Origin: Anolis carolinensis
Taxonomy: Eukaryota
Direction of reading: 5' to 3'
DNA: 64,000 nt
Assembly: GCF_035594765.1 (NCBI RefSeq)
Contig: NC_085846.1
Location: 10,403,190-10,467,189, forward strand
Position numbers and translations under genes: made by a program. The first letter of the stretch is position 1. Each line of letters opens with the position of its first letter. The notes beneath the pieces were generated by a model. That model ran no database searches. It had not been told where the DNA came from and saw only the letters and a list, made by a program, of their open reading frames with translations. Shown in pieces: positions 51,563 through 64,000 of this stretch.

Positions 51563-51853
51563 TGACACTGCCATATATAACTGAAAACACATGCACATTG
51601 CATAGCACAAATCATTTTAAAATGCAGAAACATACACAAAATTGTAGGAAAATATGATCAAAGTCTGATACAGACCAAGGAAACACTAAGCTTTGCAATT
51701 AGTATCAGACAGCTTAAGATAACATTTTATTGATTCACGTATTTATTCCTTCAGTCACATCAAATATTTCCAAGTAATTGGTCGTCACTGAGTAAAATCA
51801 CATTGGTTACAGTGGGACATATTTGAAACCTATGTGAAACCTATGTGTATTTG

Positions 51854-62710
<10,857 letters not shown>

Positions 62711-62869
62711 CTTGTACTAAAATGCACTAGACATGAATGCACGCTTCCAACATGGCTTATAAAATGTTACAGGTAATGACATCCTGGCAAGTACGCTATG
62801 CATTCATGTACAGGATCCAACAAAGGGATGTCTGCTAATCTCTAACCCAGCTCTTAACAACATGGAGAC

Positions 62870-62966
62870 TATTAATAGCATTCTTTGCCATTCTTTTGCC
62901 ATGTTTGTTAGACTTCCTCAGGGATTTGAGAATGCGCAAAATCAATCGTGGTTATTTTGATAATTG
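62870..62966 (-). promoter_or_regulatory. Putative promoter module, gene F
   Basis: TATTAATA at 62870-62877, TTCCTCAGGGA at 62914-62924, GATAATTG at 62959-62966. Confidence 0.5.
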
Positions 62967-63681
62967 CAGGGCAGGTAAAAATGGATTGTTATTAATTCTC
63001 CATGTTAATTCAAAAGAAAGCATATGGCATTGAATCCATATGAAGTAATACTTTGAATTGTCTCTCTAAAATAGCTGAGAATTATGTTTGTAATTGTTAA
63101 TCTTTGTATCATTCATTTCCCTGGGATTCATTTGGGAGTTCTCTGGGCTCATCTTTTGAATTACAAGGAAAGAATTGCTAGTCCCAACAAGAGTAAGTAA
63201 CACTGTTGTTTACTAAGGAAGTTCTTGTTGTTTCAGTTATTTCATTGTAGTTAGGACTGCTATTGACTTTATGCTGAAACAAATCTTTAGGATTATTCCA
63301 GACCAGGTGCCTTCAATACACTGACCTCAATCGAGACATGAGATACTTGAATCCAACTTTATTAACATTTTACAGGGAATATTTGCGTTATTAAAAACTG
63401 TTTAATTGTCAAATCATCCTTTCTACTTGCAAGTAAATACTTATATGTTCTTCTCAAGTAAAAAATAGAAAGTCAGAATGCCCAAAACATCTTATGGCCC
63501 ACTGCATTTGCACAAAATTGAACATACAGTAATGGGCATTATGGGTCCTGTCTGACCATATTCTCAAGCTACACACAATCCATCACACAATGTGCTGATG
63601 GTTTTCAGCACATTGTACCCAGACCTAGAAGCAGCAGGAAGGGGAGATTATTTTCTGTTTCCCAACAATGTGTTAGTTTCA

Positions 63682-64000
63682 GTTCTTATCGTATTCTCTC
63701 ATTCTTAAACGGGCAGATGTGTTTAAACCGCACGGTTACAACACTATTGTGGTTGGACCCGGGCGACCATCTGCATCTAGTCTAATCTGACCTGCAGCGA
63801 TGAGTTCCGCAGATCAGGAAGAGTCACGCTGAGACCAATTTGACTGTGCAAACATGCCCAGCAACCGCTTAAAAACTGTATCTTTTGCTTCCTCTCTGTG
63901 CCTTTCTAAGCCCTGGGCTTTGTAACCATCTCAAATAAGAGCTATTTTGTATCCCCTATGGCATGAGAGCATGAATTCCCTCTCGCGGCTCAGCCCTCCT
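63682..64000. mobile_element. Probable TE (LTR-like) insertion at the end of the D/F homology
   Basis: Homology to D upstream (44825) stops abruptly at 63681 and is followed by CpG-containing non-V2R sequence running off the window. Confidence 0.3.

Overview
Vertebrate genomic DNA, probably an Anolis-type squamate (inferred from Sauria SINEs, an Anolis-SINE2-like element, and Penelope, CR1, L2, RTE, L1, Helitron, hAT and mariner repeats). The window holds a tandem cluster of vomeronasal type-2 receptor (V2R, class C GPCR) genes, all on the minus strand. I resolved the splice junctions by hand. Four genes have intact six-exon structures: A (1265-10204, 888 aa), C (25088-34026, 884 aa), D (36841-43862, 875 aa) and F (51854-62710, 875 aa). 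B (15443-21685) is a pseudogene, with exon 1 deleted and a 5-bp frameshift in exon 3. There are three orphan V2R fragments: a second terminal exon inside gene A, exon 2 plus half of exon 3 (E), and a deleted exon 4 (C'). Main observations: (1) gene A has an extra terminal exon with an intact acceptor and a stop codon just before TM1, predicting a secreted full V2R ectodomain; (2) a homeodomain / O/E-like / TATTAATA promoter module is positionally conserved across divergent paralogues; (3) a Penelope-derived hammerhead core lies sense-oriented in gene C, forming an inverted repeat pair around exon 3; (4) D/F identity is mosaic, as expected from gene conversion; (5) a Helitron 5' stub sits at the junction to the orphan exon 4; (6) D and F have a GC-AG intron. 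All functional statements are predictions from sequence alone, and identity percentages are visual estimates.
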